Part shown: piece after piece, positions 1 through 13,800 of the stretch
Numbering within the stretch: the first letter of the stretch is position 1
Layout of the letters: each line of letters starts with the position of its first letter
Origin: Owenia fusiformis
Lineage: Eukaryota
NCBI GenBank assembly: GCA_903813345.2
Contig: CAIIXF020000001.1
Coordinates: forward strand, 11,222,001-11,286,000
Length of the DNA: 64,000 nt
Direction of reading: 5' to 3'
The notes under the pieces: model-generated
Told to the model about the DNA's origin: nothing
Database searches by the model: none
Seen by the model: the letters and a program-made list of their open reading frames with translations, nothing else
Translations under genes and position numbers: made by a program

Positions 1-2471
1 TAATGGAGAATACACGACGATTTTCCCACGTCCATTTGTGTAAAACTTGAACCCACACAAGCGACAGATTAGAGGCGGAGAGGTATACCAGAAGGGTTCT
101 GTTTTCATAGTCTATATCTAGACATATCATGGTTATTAGTTTAGTTTACATAAATGCAGAATCAAACAATTGAAAGCGGCAGATAGGCCTTGTTTATGGC
201 AAAAACTGTAAACTGGAACGATGACTGCAAGCGGAACACCTCTGCAAGTGGAACACTTTTGAGAGTCTCATGGCGAATTCACTTAAGGAATAGGATGAAT
301 GAAGTTGTGGTCTCTCACGATGTCAGGGTGTGTTTCGGGGTGAAATCTGATTTCAGGTGGGAGACACTGAGTAAGTGCCACGCCCACATTTATAACACTC
401 AGGTGCCTCTTGCTCAGAAAAAGCAGACTAACAATGGTACCGGCCTTTAAAGTTTTAATATACTTTGTTCGCATTCACGATCAAATGAGAATATATACAA
501 AGTCGTTTTGATGAAAATTAAGAAGCTTATCATTGGAATATTCTTTTGATATATTCTTCTCATAAGACTAATGATATTCAAATAAAATATCTTCAATGGA
601 ACTCACAGACTGAATAATGGTAGTCTGCATTAATTTGTAATTGCCTTCAACTAACTGTATGCTCAAACTGGTTACGTAGACTAAAGTTCAGGTGATAAAA
701 TGGTGGATGTAGAGGACACGGGGGGGGTTGTCTAGATATCCTATATTCCTCAATGAAATGTAAATTGAAATATGATTCTAGCTGTAAAGTACGAAGCTAT
801 CTTTCGAATCGACACAAATAACAGTAACAAATGGTAGGTGGAGTAAACCTTGAGATGTGTTTTTGGGCAAATTTGTTTAAAATATTTAAATGCATGGATA
901 ACAAGACAAAAGAAATTATAATGTTATATTCACAATATTCCTCTCATTATCTTTAATGCAAAATGTTTATAGTTTAGTGATTCACTGTTCGTAAAAATCG
1001 TTCAAACTTGAAATACCCCCCACCCCCCCCCCCTTCATATCCGCCCCTGTGTCGTCTCCAGCCCTGCAAGACGTGTTGCTCTCGGTTCCAGGAGAGTGGG
1101 CATTTCAACGGGAAATGTGACGTAGTCTGATTAAGAAGGAAGCTGGGTTTCCATTACCTCTCACTATTTTTTGGAGGTTGATATTATAGGTTGACGGATT
1201 CTGTGATTTGGGGAAAGTTTATTTAGAGCCTAGGGTGAAGAAAAGAACCCTTGACTCATTTGAAAATTGTTGACCTCTTGGCACTAGCTCAGAGTCAACG
1301 TGTCCCGTTAATAACCACACCTGGGCATTATCACAGAAGGAAATTAGATAACAAATAAAGGGAGGAAAATTAATTGTATCTTGCTTTGAATATGAAAATG
1401 TTAAGATGTTCTCTTCTTGAGGATAGTGTTTACCAATTTAATATTTGAGGACTTTGTAAGTGTTAGAGCCACGAACTGCACCTGAGACTAGACATGCCAC
1501 GTCTACAATGTAAACGTTTCTATAGATTACAATTTGGCATCACCCTTATAAAAAACTACCATTTTCATTCGCTCTTAAAATTTATGAGACTCTGCCAGCG
1601 GGGTTAAAAGCGACTAAGAATTCCGATTGTATCAGATGCTGGCACAATTTTGCCGGAAGTTTGCAAGAAGTAACTTTTGGCAATGCAGCATGCTAGAGTA
1701 ACCTAGTAGGTGTAAGAAAATATAAGGTGATGGCCTTTAAAGTGGTAAAAACAATTTTCACGGCCGAATTGGACTTCAATTCCTGCGATTTCAGGGGGTA
1801 CTATAAGACTATTTCATAACATAAAGGATATAGTTGCTATTGTTCTGTTTTCTACAGCACACATTACTAGTCCAAAGATGAATAATATCCTAAAGTTATA
1901 GGCCGATATCTGTATTAGTCTCAGAAATATTGCAATTAATAGGAAAAAAATATGCAATTTTAGTCATTTTTAAGTCTCACGTATCTTATATTTGTAGCTT
2001 CCAGCAAAAGATGGCAGCTTAAATAGTTCAAAATTGTTTTCTAAAAACTAATTCAAGCTTTGTTTGATATTGTAATACAATTATAATAATGATAATGTAC
2101 TATTTATGATTTTTAATATGACTTTATAGTACCCTACCCCTGGAAAGTGGGCGTGGTCATTGTTATCATTTTGCAGCATACAATTAAAAACTTGTATTGA
2201 TAGAAAGCAAATCAATGCATTTTTAACATTTTCACTTGTCACTTGACATTGTAATTCATTCGTTACTAAAATATAGGACTCTACATATTTTATATATACG
2301 TTTTCAATTTTGTACAATGTATCATGATGAAATCTAATAGGCTGTTTCATTTTCAGTGTTCACTAACGCATGAAATGTAAGTCACAGTGTTTCCAAATTA
2401 CCTTTGCAATGAGAAAGTACCACAAAGACTACATAATATGAGCAGTTTCAAGGTCCTAATACTAATACTTA

Positions 2472-3267
2472 CCCCCCTATCACACCAAACTCGTTCTTAC
2501 CCGTTCTTGCCAGTCCTACGAAAACGTCGTAAAACGGGCTCAATCTGGCTGTGGTCGGGAAATATGTCTGAAATAATTAGCTTCTTCGTTCTTAAACAGT
2601 CTTCAATACGTCCTTCTCGTTCACAGTTTGTTCAGGTCGCACCACGTCGGTGTGCAACGTAGTAGAACGCGTCCCTTAGTCTAGAAGGTCAACATGACCT
2701 GATTACAGAACGTTATGGTCGCCATCGAATTTTGAATCGATTCAAAATTCTAAAATCACATTCCCGTCTGAGAACGATCATGAAGTTCGTAAATAGACCT
2801 TAGAAAGTTGCAGCTACGTTCATTCCGTTCGCACACAGTTTTGAAGAATGCAGTGGAAACTTGTTTGGTGTGATAGCTATATTTTTGCTAACTCGTTCAT
2901 AAGCAGTGTTAAATACGTTCTCAATCAGTTTAAACCCGTTTGCAATTAGTTCTACCTCGTTCTCAACACGTCCTCAGACAATTCAACTCGTTGTTAAAAC
3001 GTCCCTAGTAGGATTGAAGTACGACGGTTCCGTTCGTAGTACGTCCAGCTCGTCGTTAGTACGTTGTCACTCGTTCTAATTGTAGAACGTGACGACCACG
3101 AGAACATTTTGAGCATTGTCTTAGTTCTAGAGGACCTACCCGTTCGAGTACGTTCGATGAAGTTTGTTAATAGATCCCAAACGGTTCTTAGTAGGTCCAG
3201 TCCGTTCGTACACAGTTGAAGCCCGTTTTTGAGAACGTAGTGAGAACTAGTTTGGTGTGATATAGGG
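2472..3267. mobile_element. PIF/Harbinger-like MITE nested in the left arm of the 1628-6454 element
   Basis: TIRs CCC..TATCACACCAAACT / AGTTTGGTGTGATA..GGG with TTA on both flanks. The right arm of the host (~5610) shows the uninterrupted site. An internal copy of the terminal segment lies at ~2780-2876. Confidence 0.7.
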
Positions 3268-4336
3268 TTACCGATCTATCGGCGTTCAAAAATAGAGAAA
3301 GCTGTCGTGAGTGCAGTTTTAACTAACTTTGAACTGAAACTGCTGCTTAATGAATATTTTTCTCAACATCTGTGACTTTTTTAGACCCCAAACGTAAGAT
3401 ACCAAGACATAATGCTACCAAGTTCTGATATTGGAAGTTTCAGAGCTCTAGATCAAATATTCACTTCTGCATGTACTTTTAAAAAGACTCAAAAGGACAA
3501 AAAACCTGTCAGATATTGTGAAAAATATGAAAGATGCACTATTCAGAACAATTTATCTCTCAAATGTTACTTTTATTTGACATAATTTCTAATTCCGCCT
3601 CCAATTAGAACCACCAATAATACATATGAGAAGACTTAACGTCATAGTAAGTGGAAGTACAGATCTATTGGCTTCTGAAAATGGGAAAAGCTCTAGCAAG
3701 TATGATTTTCACCAGTTTTTCATCTAAGACTGCAACTTTCTGAATTTTCTTTTTACAAACTGCACAGTAAGACCAAAGACATTAAAGGAAACCTGGTCAT
3801 TGTACCACCAATAATAAGTAAAAATAATATTGGTAATATATACCAAGTGTTTACTTTAATTCCAAGGCATCTGAATTGATAAATAAATGAAATCAGTACT
3901 TTATTGTATCTTACAAAATACACTGTTTGAATGCAGCTTGACATCACAGTATCAAGTGAAAGATACGTTGTTATATACAGCTATATATCACTTTAACTGA
4001 CTTTACTCTTCAATTTGAAATATGCCTGGCCATCCTAAGAAAAATGCGACGGAGGGCAAAGAGGGTGCATGGTACAATTGGTAATTAAGCTCTTCTAGAG
4101 TTTAAAACTCCCACAATTTTTAAAAATGAAATGGAGAATAACATGTGAAAGTATAGGATGAACTAATTGTTCTAAGAAAGTTTTTGAAAGTAACATTGCA
4201 TGAAATGTTTAAGCAAGAGATATGTTCCAAAATACTTTCAGGTAGAAATAAAGCTCCGTAATGTAAAAACAATGTATTCTCAGTATTCAATAATAACATT
4301 CTTTATAGTTTTTTTGGTCTTAAGCATATCAGTGAT

Positions 4337-4832
4337 TATCCCATGGTTGCAAGGATATAGATCGAATATCACATGAAGATATATTTGATATGTGGATCAA
4401 GTTATAATATTTTAGCAAAAAAATTTACAAACCATCGAATATCACTTTTAAACTATCGAATATCACGTCTTAAAAAGTGATATTCAATGGTTTGAAAAGT
4501 GATATTCGATGGTTTCGAATTTTTTCAAAAAAAAAATTTCTTTTTACATTTTTTAATTATTTTAAAAAATATTTTTAAAAAATTTCAACATTTTTTCACA
4601 ATTTTTTTTCAATTATTTTTTCAAATTTTTTCTCAAATTATATTTTTCACATTTTTTTGCTGATGATGATTTCCCATGGGATAAATAAATTTTTTTTTCA
4701 AAAATATCAATTATATCCACTCATGGATACAAATATCTTCACTCACTCGCTGCGCTCACTCATGAAAATATCAATATCCACTCATGGATATAAATGATAT
4801 TTTTTCAAAACCATAGGATATTCCTATATTAT
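4337..4832. mobile_element. Small palindrome-rich non-autonomous element (unclassified)
   Basis: TATCCCATGG...CCATAGGATA ends; internal inverted and direct subrepeats of CATCGAATATCAC (4430-4516); CACTCGCTGCGCTCACTC motif at ~4745. Confidence 0.4.
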
Positions 4833-7800
4833 ATCAATTCGGATGTTGAAGTCACTTAATAAATAATAACAAGATGTAACTCCTAGTAAGCACTTCAAGT
4901 TTCAGTTCTAAATAAAATACAGTTAAGTTGAAAAATTGTTAAGAATACATACATTTTTTCACAATCACAATTTCACCATTTCTGACTGTATTTTTAGGTG
5001 TCAATGGTTCAATGATTATTTGATATAACCTCCTGAAACTACTACTCTCATATATATTTGGTGGTATAGTGATATGGAATCCTGTCTTTTGGGGTCTCAC
5101 GGAATTCTTGTTTTAGAGAAGAAAATCCTGAAAGCTGCAGTTTAATATTATGAATTATAGGTGAAAATTGCACTTGCTACACTGCTTCTCCCATTTTTAG
5201 ATGCTAATAAATCTGTAACTACACTTACTATGACCTTAAGTCTACTCATATGTATTATTGGTATTACTAATAACTAGAGGCAGAATCAGAAATTATGGTA
5301 AATAAAAGTAAAATTTAAGAGATAAATTGTTCTGAATAGTGCATTTTATCACATTTTTCGCGATATCTGACTGCATTTTGTGTCTTTTGGGTCTTTTTAC
5401 GAGTCCATGCAGATATGAATACTTGATCTAGAGCTCTGAAATTTCCAATACAAGAATTTGGTAGCACTATGTCTTGATATCCTGTGTTTGGACTCTAACC
5501 AAATCACAGTTATTGAGAAAAAAATTCATAAGTAGCAGTTTTAATTCAAAATTAGTTGAAACGGCACTCAAGACAGCTTTCCTCATTTTTGAAAGCCGAT
5601 AGATCGGCAAGCATTTACACCATGATCTTGAATCTGCGCATACATATTCTTAATGGCACTATCTCATTGCCCAGATATTTTGGAAACATTGTTGTCAAAA
5701 GGTAAGGGTGATCAGAGAAAAAGTTGGTAAATCGAAACAGCCTATTAGATTTCATTATGATACATTGTACAAAATTGAAATCGTATATATAAAATATGTA
5801 GAGTCCTATATTTTAATAATAAATGAATTACATTGTCAAGTAACAAGAGAAGATGTTTTAAATGCATTGATTTGCTTTCTATCAATACAAGTTTTTAATT
5901 GTATGCTGCAAAATGATAACAATGACCACGCCCACTTTCCAGGGGTAGGTTACTATAAAGTCATATTAAAAATCATAAATAGTACATTATCATTATTATA
6001 ATTGAATTACAATATCAAACAAAGCTTGAATTAGTTTTCAGAAAACAATTTTGAGCTATTTAAGCTGCCATCTTTTGCTGGAAGCTACAAATATAAGATA
6101 CGCGAGACTTAAAAATGACTAAAATTGCATATTTTTTTCATATTAATTGCAATATTTTTGAGACTAATACAGATATCGGCCTATAACTTTAGGATATTAT
6201 TCATCTTTGGACTAGTAATGTGTGCTGTAGAAAGCAGAACAATAGCAACTATATCCTTTATGTTATGAAATAGTCTTATAGTACCCCCTGAAATCGCAGG
6301 AATTGAAGTCCAATTCAGCCGTGAAAATTGTTTTTACCACTTTAAAGGCCATCACCTTATATTTTCTTACACCCACTAGGTAACTCTAACATACTGCATT
6401 GCCAAAAGTTACTTCTTGCAAACTTCCGGCAAAACTGTGCCAGCATCTGATACAGATTGTAATCTTTGCGCAATAATTATTCTGATCATTTTCGTAATGG
6501 TTACGAGCCAACCATTGCAAATTACTCACAATTTTGGTGATTGACCATAACAACATCACCATCCAAGGTGGTGATATAATAAAATCAGATTATACGTCAA
6601 AACATAAAGGATAGAGGGTTGATATATAGTGGATCAATAATGGAAAAAAGTCAAGCATAGATATCTGTAACAAAGGACTATTACAATAGATGGCCTCTCG
6701 TATTTTATATGAAACGGAATGATGAGGTATAATTGTTGTGAACTATTCTTGATAAATGCCAAATTAATGGTGATTAGGTAGGGACAAGATAGCCAGTCAT
6801 TAATTAGAACTGACTTGCATTCCTTTTAAGAAACAGGAAACTTTCAGGTATGTCCCCTTTATCATTGTACATTAATTCCATTATCTAATGTCCAAATCGG
6901 ATTACCTCAAATTAGAATCTATAAATTGTTATCAAAAAAGTGTTATTTACAAGAAATAACTTAATTGTTGTTCTATTTTGAGGTATAATTGTTCCGTAAA
7001 GATTTTAAACAATCTTTTGTTTCATCATTGGGCACACTATCACCAAATATGTAAGCTGCTTAAAATTCAAGTTAAAATGTTAACAGCTAAACTTGAATGC
7101 GAAGTCATGAAGGTACGATCACCTTATGATTATACAATGATATTATGATAATCATTAATTCATTAAACTTACTTGTATATGGAAATTAAACATATTATGT
7201 AATTAAACATAGATTTATGTACTTAAAAACCAACACAGATTAAGGATTCTTGTTTTTGTACAGTAGGCCTATGACCTATAATAGGCCTACCAAGTGCTTG
7301 TTGAAATTGTATTTATTCAGTGACTTGTTTCAAGCAACTGAGACATTACAACTCAGTACAAAACTTCCAATCTCAAATCCTGAATAGCATTTAAATTGAA
7401 TGTACATTGACTATGTTACCAAAATGATCGCATGACCAAAATGATTTCTAAAAACCTCGAGATAATCCTCCAAATAGTTTGCCTGAAAATAATGTAATTG
7501 CATTACTTATTTAATTGAATTATATTACATTACTTATTGAACACCATGCACGGGTGTTGAGCCACGATGATACGTGAGCACCTTTGATGATCCACGTTGT
7601 TTGAACCTACCGCCGAGCTCGCTAATCCATTAAGACCCGTGACACAGCCATGATACCGCCGGGCAAGCTCATTGTACCACCGGGTCTGCTTTTATACCCC
7701 CCCCCCCCCCATGTGACCCTATATCACCTCACATTTGATGAAACGTTTGACAGCACTGACATACAGTATCAACAGAGTGATTACGGGCCTCACTATTCAT

Positions 7801-8974
7801 TTACTTAATGAAGAATTAATACCGCACAAATTGATTAAAACGGAACTCTAACTTCCTCCTTCCCTTTGTCATAGTATAATGCATTAGAATACATTAATTC
7901 CGATTTACTTCAACTTTTATATGACAAAGATATCATCAAGTAGAATCTGTTTTGGTCAGAAACATGAAGAGGATCATATATCACATTGATTTTATATCAC
8001 TTAGTATATCACTTTGTTTTTAGCTTATTAGTAGAATCTGATCATGTGATAGAACATCTTTAGTGTCTGTATCATGACGTACTTCACAGGGAATCATAGG
8101 AGCTTTTAGAAAGGCTTGAAATGTGATGCTGGATACAACTTAATACTTCATTTAACTAACTTGTAATGTGTTTTATGAATTATTTACATGGAAATGTAAA
8201 CATGCCTGAAGATAAGATATACATGTAGTTTTCTTTCATAGATTGTCAGACTTGGACATCAAAGGCAGCTAATGAGGTTGCAATCAGCAATTACAAAATC
8301 AACGGTTATAATGAAATCAAACTTTATTTTAACACAATATGACTAAAGTCCTATTTTGAAGCATACATATTATCCCCACCATGCACAATAAGAGATACAT
8401 ACATGTACATGTGTATGATGAAGTAAATGTTAAGGCTTCATTGACCTCACTTAGAGCCTCATTAAATGGAATCACAATGTGTTATATAAAACTTTCATTT
8501 CATACTTCAAAAATTCATATACTTTTTCCTGACTTTAAAAACTTTATTACATTTTACGGAAATGCAGTAAAACCTTAACCTGCGCGCCAAGTCTAGTTTT
8601 AAACTACTACAAAGCTCTCTTTTGAGAAGCAAAGTCTCGAACGAATGCAAAGGCTATAGGTAAAACTCTCTGTACTGGTTGAAACTATTTGTAAGTGTTG
8701 CTTACAGGGTGCTCCTCGTTTTATGTTAACCGTTGCCGAACAAAAAGAGCAATTCCCTGGAGTAATAAATTCCTCAATCATAACATATTTTATTGAATCT
8801 TATATCTGAATGATCGAAACTTTGCATTGGATCTTTAATTAATAAAATAGATGTTATGTAAGTACTTTTAGTGTGTATTCATTATATTCAAAGTGGTGGA
8901 GTATCCTGTTGATTTTATTGGTGTCTGATTAATATAAAATATTGGCATGGTTTCATATTCCTTTGTGCTGTTAA

Positions 8975-9697
8975 TTTCAGAAAGGAGCACGTAGGTTATC
9001 GCAAACAATTTCAGAAGGTTATATCTTGGACTATGACTATTTTCTGACAATGAAGACAGGTTTATCTTTTAGATCAATTCATTATCTCAAGGAAAATTAT
9101 ATACAGTAATAATAAAGTCAAACAAACTCGGAGATATTTAACTAGCAATCAACCCATCAACACACTTTTTCAAAGATGTTGACCCCATTTTCACCAAAAA
9201 TGCAATCATTTTTACAATGTTTAATGCATTACTATTCTCTATTTTGATGTATCAAATAGTTCTTGAAAGAAAATTTAATTGCTTTAAGATAAGTGTTCCC
9301 CATGTTATTTTTCCATTGGAAAATCTCATGCTATCCATTGGTTTCAGTTCATTTTGGTCATCCAAATTCGGTATCTTTATAGTCCCTGGAGCAATCAACT
9401 TTTCCTTTTAGAAAATCGTACATGTCTCAAAGCACATTCTAATTATGTATTCAACAATATAATAAAAGGTTGCATTTTTGGTGAAAATTAGGTCAACATT
9501 TTTGAAAAAGTATGTTGATTGGTCCATTGCCCCTTCAATATCACTTAGATCTGATTAACTAAATTATCAATACATATACTTTTCTTGAAGATAATGAATG
9601 GATCTAAAAGATACACCCATGTTCATGATCAGAAAATATTGATAATTCAAGTAAGAATAGTTTGAAATTGTTTGCAATAACCTACTTGCTCCTTTGA
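8975..9697. repeat. Degenerate inverted repeat (~230-bp arms), probable old foldback or MITE remnant
   Basis: 8975-9205 (GGAGCACGTAGGTTATCGCAAACAATTTCA...TTTTCACCAAAAATGCAA) is a diverged reverse complement of 9470-9697. Confidence 0.65.
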
Positions 9698-10828
9698 AAA
9701 TGATGAAAATGATGACGTCAACTCAGCTTTCAACTAAATAATGGTTGAATATCGACTTACATTTTAGCTAGATACCTCATAAAATAAATTATGTATTATA
9801 TTACAAAACCACTAATTGAAATGTTCTTGTGAATACAGGTTAATTAATAATTCTTATATATCACCCAAGGGCTTTGATTCTATGGGCCGATAATGACTTT
9901 TGGATGTCATTTTTCCCCATTTGTCTGTTTTTTTTTGCGCCCACATGTTTCTGCATGAGCCTGAGGCATTGACAGAAAATATCATTTTGCCCACATGTTT
10001 CTAAATGAGCTTAAGCTTTACTGTTGATTTACACAAAATCAATTTCAGTCAATAAAGAATTTTATTCCTAAACTGAAATAAATGACGTTTGACAATGTTT
10101 ACAACAGGTTTCCCCGCATGACAACTGCCCGTTATTTTACAAAACTGGACATTATAGTACTTACAAAACAACAGGTCATTCCTTAGGAGTAAGTGACTTG
10201 TTGAGGATCTATTCACTTTGAAGTGACCTACATCTATCAATCTCATGTTAATCCCCAATAACCTGAGAAAACTGAAGTTTTGTTTTGCAAAGATATACAA
10301 TTACTCTTTAGTAGTTGGCAATGATCATTTGGCAAAATATTATTCGAAAAAAATATAGTTAATTGGCATTTTCCTCGTGAAACAGCAATTCAATCTTCAA
10401 TAAAATCTGATTTATTCCCTTGAATTAAGAGAATATTTACAATAATAAATGATCTTTCTTTTATTGTTTACTAGTCACACAAAGGTAATAACCAAGTTAT
10501 TAAACGTGTAAATATAATACCAAGCTTTCAATTATACACTCTATAAGCCCTAATAACAGGGGTTTACTTTTGTATAAAATGCTCACATAATTATTATAGC
10601 AATCTTTGATATCGACTTGTCAATTAACTTCATGACACGTGGAATAGTCCCATGATTTATAACATTTCTTGGATTAAACAAATCTGAGCTACAATATCCA
10701 ATGGATTATACTGTAATGTAATATAGCTCTCTAACTGTCCGAAATTCCAGCCTGTAGAATAAAGAGCGAAGATCTCAACTATTTACATGTCTTACACATT
10801 TCTATACATGTAATAAGGATTTCAGTTT

Positions 10829-13800
10829 TCAGCTTGTGTCCATTAGAGTTGTGTCAGATGAGCTTGCATTTGCGTCTTTCTGAATTCCCTCGAACATTGC
10901 GCACAATTCTGGGTTGACTTTGATCTGGTTGAGAAATTCATTCATCAGTTGGCTCTTATCTGAAAAAGTACACACATGATTTCATTTAGTTAAATCAAAT
11001 CACATTTAAAGGAAAGCTTTGCCACAAGGCATTAACATGACAAAATGTCACCACCTAGTTGCTCCTTGAGAAGGTCAATGAAGGTCAAATCTCAAATCTA
11101 AAGTCAGATTCTAACTTCTGATAACTTGTAGATGATTGTAAAAAAAGATTTGGTCAATTTGAAGCAAGTTGAAAAAAAAACTTTTTGACATTTTTTACCT
11201 TGAAAAGGTCACCAAAGGTCAAATCTTACATATAAAGTCAGATTTGAACTTCTGAAAACTTGTAGATAATTTTGAAAAAAACTGAAGTCAGTCTAAACAG
11301 TATTTGGTGGTGACATAAAAAAAGTTTTTGAGGATGCTGATTCTAATATCTTATACATACTACTTGCTACTAAGTGGACCAGGATTTCAGAGAGAAAATC
11401 AGATCTAGCAAGAAAGTTAACAAAAAAATTGTTTCAATTTTAGAATATTTTTTGGCTCATATCATTCCTTAACATGTCTATTATATTTCTATAATTATGG
11501 TTACCATTTTTATTACTTGGGAGAATTTAAACATTTTTCCCCAATTTTTGCACTTTAAATCCATAATAACTTCACCAATTTAAAACATATCATGGACTAA
11601 AGAGTTATGGTATTTGAGATTGTAAGGAACAGATTTGCATGTCAATTGTACACTTTGATTAAATAAACAAGATAGCAATAAATATTGCACTTTGAAGAGT
11701 GAAATGATCGCCATGTAATTTAACCAGCATGCCCAAATATCTTATCAGATCTTGGCACTAATCTACTCTTGCAGCTGTAAATATGAGGTTCAACGACTTT
11801 AACCCATCTGATGAGATAAATGAGAATCTCTAGGCTACATTTAGTTAATTGGTCTCTGTAAATGAATGAGGAGACTATTTACAAGTTTTGGAACTAGCTG
11901 GAGGAATATTTAGTTTTCATCTACATAGGCTCAACAGTACTCCTTCGACTAAACCCTTGGGGGAGGGGGAGGTAAATCTTTTACAAATGCAAAGAACAGT
12001 AATCTGGATAAAGTGAACACTGCCAAAAAGTACTCAGCTAGCCAAAAAAGTGTTCACTACAAGTTAGTATTCACTTAAGATTTTCATGAAATGTTGTCTT
12101 AAGCCCTCAATTCAATACACAGCAATGTGCTCTAATTGACTCTGTTTGTTTAATTTGTCATCGTAAATTCACTGAGTTTGTTATCCCTAAGTCAATGTTT
12201 GCTTCACTAATGATACATCAATCAACATTTTTGAGGAAGAAGTCTGTGAATCTACTCTGAAATACATTATGAGTCTTGTAATTAACCTTATTATATAGAA
12301 ACAAAAGGATGATACCATGCCAAATAATCCAATCTTAAACTGGGGATTGACGAATGATGAAATGAAGGAGCAAAACAATTCTGGGATGATAAATGAGTCA
12401 AATGACCTAACTAGAAAAACAGCAGTGCCTCAGAGTAGCAAATCCCACCAAATAAAACATATTTTCACAAATCACTCATTGATGAACATTTCATGATAAC
12501 TAGGCTGTAATATTGTCTCCTTTTGCCAAAATCAGTCTATGACCTGACATGACGACCATATTATTACAAATTCTTTCTTCACCCAAGAGGCCCTGTGATC
12601 ATAATGTATTAACCTATGAAATTTGTAGCAAAAGTGATAGTCTAACCTGTATTTACATAATCAGAAATTCTGAAAAAATGAAGTCATTTTGAGTTTGGCA
12701 GACATCTTGAAAATGCCATATTGAGTCCAATGCCCAAATTCAGCAAAAGCAGAGGGCTTTTGTCTCAAGGCATCAGCATACAAAATTCGAACCAAATCTG
12801 TCGACTACTATTGTATTGTATTGCAATGGCGTAGCGTCATATACGCATAAAACGCCATGGCGTACTCTCAAAATTTATAAAACAGCTGATTTTTTATATT
12901 GATTTGCCCAACACTTCAAAAATGGATAAAAATGGCTAATAATTTACATTCTATTCGTCCATAATAGTCGGAATTTCGTATTTCAAACGCCCCAGAACGC
13001 TTCAAATGCAATCTCATTTTCAAATTTTCGTTGGGGGGACCTCACCCGAACCCCCCTCACAGCACGTCTATTTCGCTTACTCGTGGCGTACCCTCACAAA
13101 ATACCCACGCTACGCCACTGTATTGTATTGTATTTTTACAAAATATGGTGGCCATTTTAAATTGAGTGGCTATATTTAAAATGGTAATCAGAGTTGCATA
13201 TTACATCTACTACCAATCAACTAGTCATTTGCTCCATTCATTTGTTTGTCAGTTCTTCTGTCTTCCCAGCAATAATCAAATACTAAATGACAGATTTAGT
13301 TCTAATTTTGTAAGGCAAAATTCCTAAGACAACTCATCCCAATACAACTCATCCTAAGAGAACTCATCCCAATACAACTTATCCTAAGACAACCCAACCC
13401 AAGACAACTCATCCTAAGAGAACTCATCCCAAGACAACTCATCCTAAGACAACCCAACCCAAGACAACTCATTCCTAAGAGAACTCATCCCAAGACAACT
13501 CATCCTAAGACAACCCAACCCAAGACAACTCATTCCTAAGAGAACTCATCCCAAGACAACTCAACCCAAGACATCTCATTCCTAAGACAACTCATCCTAA
13601 GACAACTCAACCCAAGACAACTCATTCCTAAGACAACTTATCCCAAGACATCTCATTCCTAAGACAACTCATCCCACTTCACTACTTGTATAATTGATGA
13701 TTGATTTTGTCCTCTATATTATAGATCCCTTTTTCATTTTTACTATTACAAAGTGGTATTTGATTATACACTCAATTTTTGATATTGATTTTTAGTATTT

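Larger units (their letters stand above)
1628..6454. mobile_element. Non-autonomous long-TIR (foldback-like) DNA transposon, possibly Academ-type
   Basis: 1628-2348 is a near-identical reverse complement of 5734-6454. More diverged inverted similarity continues inward to ~3810/~5050. Termini are TGTATCAG...CTGATACA with GAT on both flanks (3-bp TSD). No transposase ORF. Confidence 0.85.

Noticed and set aside
1..1600. Short ORFs 190-450(+) and 283-474(-) as exons of a third gene
   Set aside because: No recognisable motif or convincing splice-site pair. A gene here cannot be excluded without transcript data.
2081..6001. Near-identical ORFs 2081-2350(-) and 5708-6001(+) as a duplicated gene pair
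   Set aside because: They are the two arms of a TIR, with no recognisable domain or splice structure.
7733..7746. TTGATGA...GAAAC as a hammerhead ribozyme core
   Set aside because: It lacks CTGANGA and the three flanking helices.
13321..13676. Regular short-repeat arrays (also 50560-50650 and 52610-52686) as possible CRISPR arrays
   Set aside because: There are no unique spacers or cas genes and the context is eukaryotic; these are transposon subterminal repeats.
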